Shown: piece after piece, positions 61,966 to 64,000 of the stretch
Numbering within the stretch: the first letter of the stretch is position 1
How the letters are laid out: every line of letters begins with the position of its first letter
NCBI GenBank assembly: GCA_010909165.1
Contig: MU008158.1
Span: forward strand, 1,575,478 to 1,639,477
DNA: 64,000 nt
Direction: 5' to 3'
Source of the DNA: Anthoceros angustus
Lineage: Eukaryota; Plantae; Anthocerotophyta
Notes under the pieces: model-generated
What the model was told of the DNA's origin: nothing
The model's database searches: none
Seen by the model: the letters and a program-made list of their open reading frames with translations, nothing else
Position numbers and translations under genes: made by a program

Positions 61966-62390
61966 TGATTGCTTGCCATGTTGTGTCTCGTAGGGATGTG
62001 AAACCCCAAAGTTCGCTGGAACTGCCATCTCTGGTTCTTCCTACCAATGCCCAACGGCAAGCAACACTGAATCCTGTGAAGAGGAGGCCTGACTGAAGAT
62101 ATGCTACAGGTAGCAGAGACAGCATCCAGGTAGGTCCTGCTCTTGCCCCGACGAAGGAGAGTGCAAGTAGTGAGGGATAGTAAGCCAGAGCAAACAGCGC
62201 GATGGGAATGAAAAGTTGGAGAAGAGGTTGCATCCAACGACAGAGAGCTTGGTTCAGGACTTTCCCAAGAGTCAGCAAGTCCTGATCTGAAGTCTGTTGT
62301 TCCATGTTGTGTGGTTTCTTCAAGATGTCAATCGCTTCGGTCTGGTTATTGGGTTCCGCAGTGCATGTTAGAGCTGGCATCTGCTGGTTA
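61965..62390 (-). pseudogene. Membrane-spanning segment of the same FAAL/NRPS-like gene (partial copy at 60666-60811)
   Basis: QPLLQLFIPIALFALAYYP..LLPVAYLQSGLL..CRWALVGRTRDG..LWG..DTTWQA is the TM segment that precedes the terminal beta-helix in this family. Confidence 0.7.
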
Positions 62391-64000
62391 CTGAGATTGA
62401 ATTTTGTGTTTCTCTTAATGCGCAAGCTCGTATATCTATTGAACCAAACAACTACTTTGTGATCGACCTTGATGACAAGCCAATGGTCATTAAGCCAATG
62501 GTCATTAAGCCAATTGTCATTAAGTCAATGGTCATTAAGCCAATGGTCATTAAGTCTATGGTAGAGGCTCAACAATTCAAATCGGTGGAACACTATTGGA
62601 TATCAACTTAGAACTTGAACTATTTAGTGGCTAGCTAGGTAAGAACTAAGGTAGACATTTGATAACCCGGATCAACGAAATGCGGATTCTAAGAATTTAG
62701 ATTTTTTGTGGTTGGGTAAGACAAGAAGTAGAGGCTCAACAACTCATATTAATGAATCAACATATTCTAAGAACTTGAATTGTTTCAAGGTTCGATTGTT
62801 TATTAATGCAAGAATCTCACTATCATGTTGGGTGTTAATGAAAACAATAAAAATAGTAATCAAGCATTCTAGTGTTCATTTATTTTTAATATATAATATA
62901 AAATTAAGTTTTTAAGTATAAAGAAATTTGTGAGCGGAGGCTCTAGAAGTTTTGCCACAAGACAAGCTAATTGTGTAGAATTCTTGAAGTTTTGCCACAA
63001 GACAAGCTAATTGTGTAGAATTCTTGCCACAAGACAAGCTCATTGTGCTGGAGCAGGCGCCTACTTCACCTCCCAGCTTTGTAACTAGGTCCACGAAAAG
63101 AAGCTCAACAAAAACAAAGCAAAGGGTCATGGCAGTCTGGCCATGAAGCGGTGGTGCCAAGGAAGGCAAATTTGTGAGCGGAGGCTCTAGAAGTTTTGCC
63201 ACAAGACAAGCTAATTGTGTAGAATTCTTGAAGTTTTGCCACAAGACAAGCTAATTGTGTAGAATTCTTGCCACAAGACAAGCTCATTGTGCAGCGGAAC
63301 GAACTGTGCCTACTTCACCTCCCAGCTTTGTAACTAGGTCCACGAAAAGAAGCTTTGGCGTGCCACGTTAGGTGGTCAAGTACCTTGTGGTACTTTGCCG
63401 CATGTTGCTCTAATTTTGTAACATTTGTGTCTTGGTTCTGTTGAGATTGAATTTTGTGTTTCTCTTAATGCAGCAAGCTCGTATATCTATTGAACCAAAC
63501 AACTACTTTGTGATCGACCTTGATGACAAGCCAATGGTCATTAAGCCAATGGTCATTAAGCCAATTGTCATTAAGTCAATGGTCATTAAGCCAATGGTCA
63601 TTAAGTCTATGGTAGAGGCTCAACAATTCAAATCAGTGGAACACTATTGGATATCAACTTAGAACTTGAACTATTTAGTGGCTAGCTAGGTAAGAACTAA
63701 GGTAGACATTTGATAACCCAGATCAACGAAATAGCGGATTCTAAGAATTTAGATTTTTTTGTGACTGGTTGGGTAAGACAAGAAGTAGAGGCTCAACAAC
63801 TCATATTAATGAATCAACATATTCTAAGAACTTGAATTGTTTCAAGGTTCGACTGTTTTATTAATGCAACTGAATCTCACTATCATGTTGGGTGTTAATG
63901 AAAACAATAAAAATAGTAATCAAGCATTCGTGGTATATGTTTGTATTGTAAGAACGTTAATGAACATGAAACCAACCATTTAGAGATTAATTATTGTAAG

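Noticed and set aside
1-64000. tRNA/rRNA genes
   Set aside because: None recognised. Only tRNA-complementary primer binding sites were seen.

Overview
This is eukaryotic land-plant nuclear DNA. Short (~75-150 bp) introns, tight gene spacing, a PLS-type PPR relic and a kinesin-9-like fragment point to a seed-free plant such as a hornwort, but that is inference. 1-28 kb is a nest of transposons: a decayed CACTA element on the minus strand is interrupted by a full-length Ty3/gypsy retrotransposon (4519-19278) whose ~4.3 kb LTRs each appear to carry a long ORF. After it come degenerate retroelement sequence and a deleted Ty1/copia element abutting a PPR pseudogene. 29-56 kb is gene-rich: an orphan secreted protein with beta-trefoil-like motifs, a Tc1/mariner-type MITE, an ArfGAP (AGD6/7-like), a 3xKH FLK-like RNA-binding protein, a kinesin-9 5' fragment, an intronless plastid-targeted protein resembling a conserved cyanobacterial hypothetical protein, and a RELCH/KIAA1468 homolog containing a U12 AT-AC intron and a GC-AG intron. 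56-64 kb is a mosaic of re-used modules: the RELCH 3' end, an LTR-like unit, a repeat carrying an ALY/REF-like DMSL motif, and C-terminal pieces of an FAAL/NRPS-like gene. Frequent small indels, and direct duplications joined at microhomologies, suggest that much of the duplication and frameshifting is assembly or error-correction artifact. All assignments come from motif recognition by eye; no searches were run.
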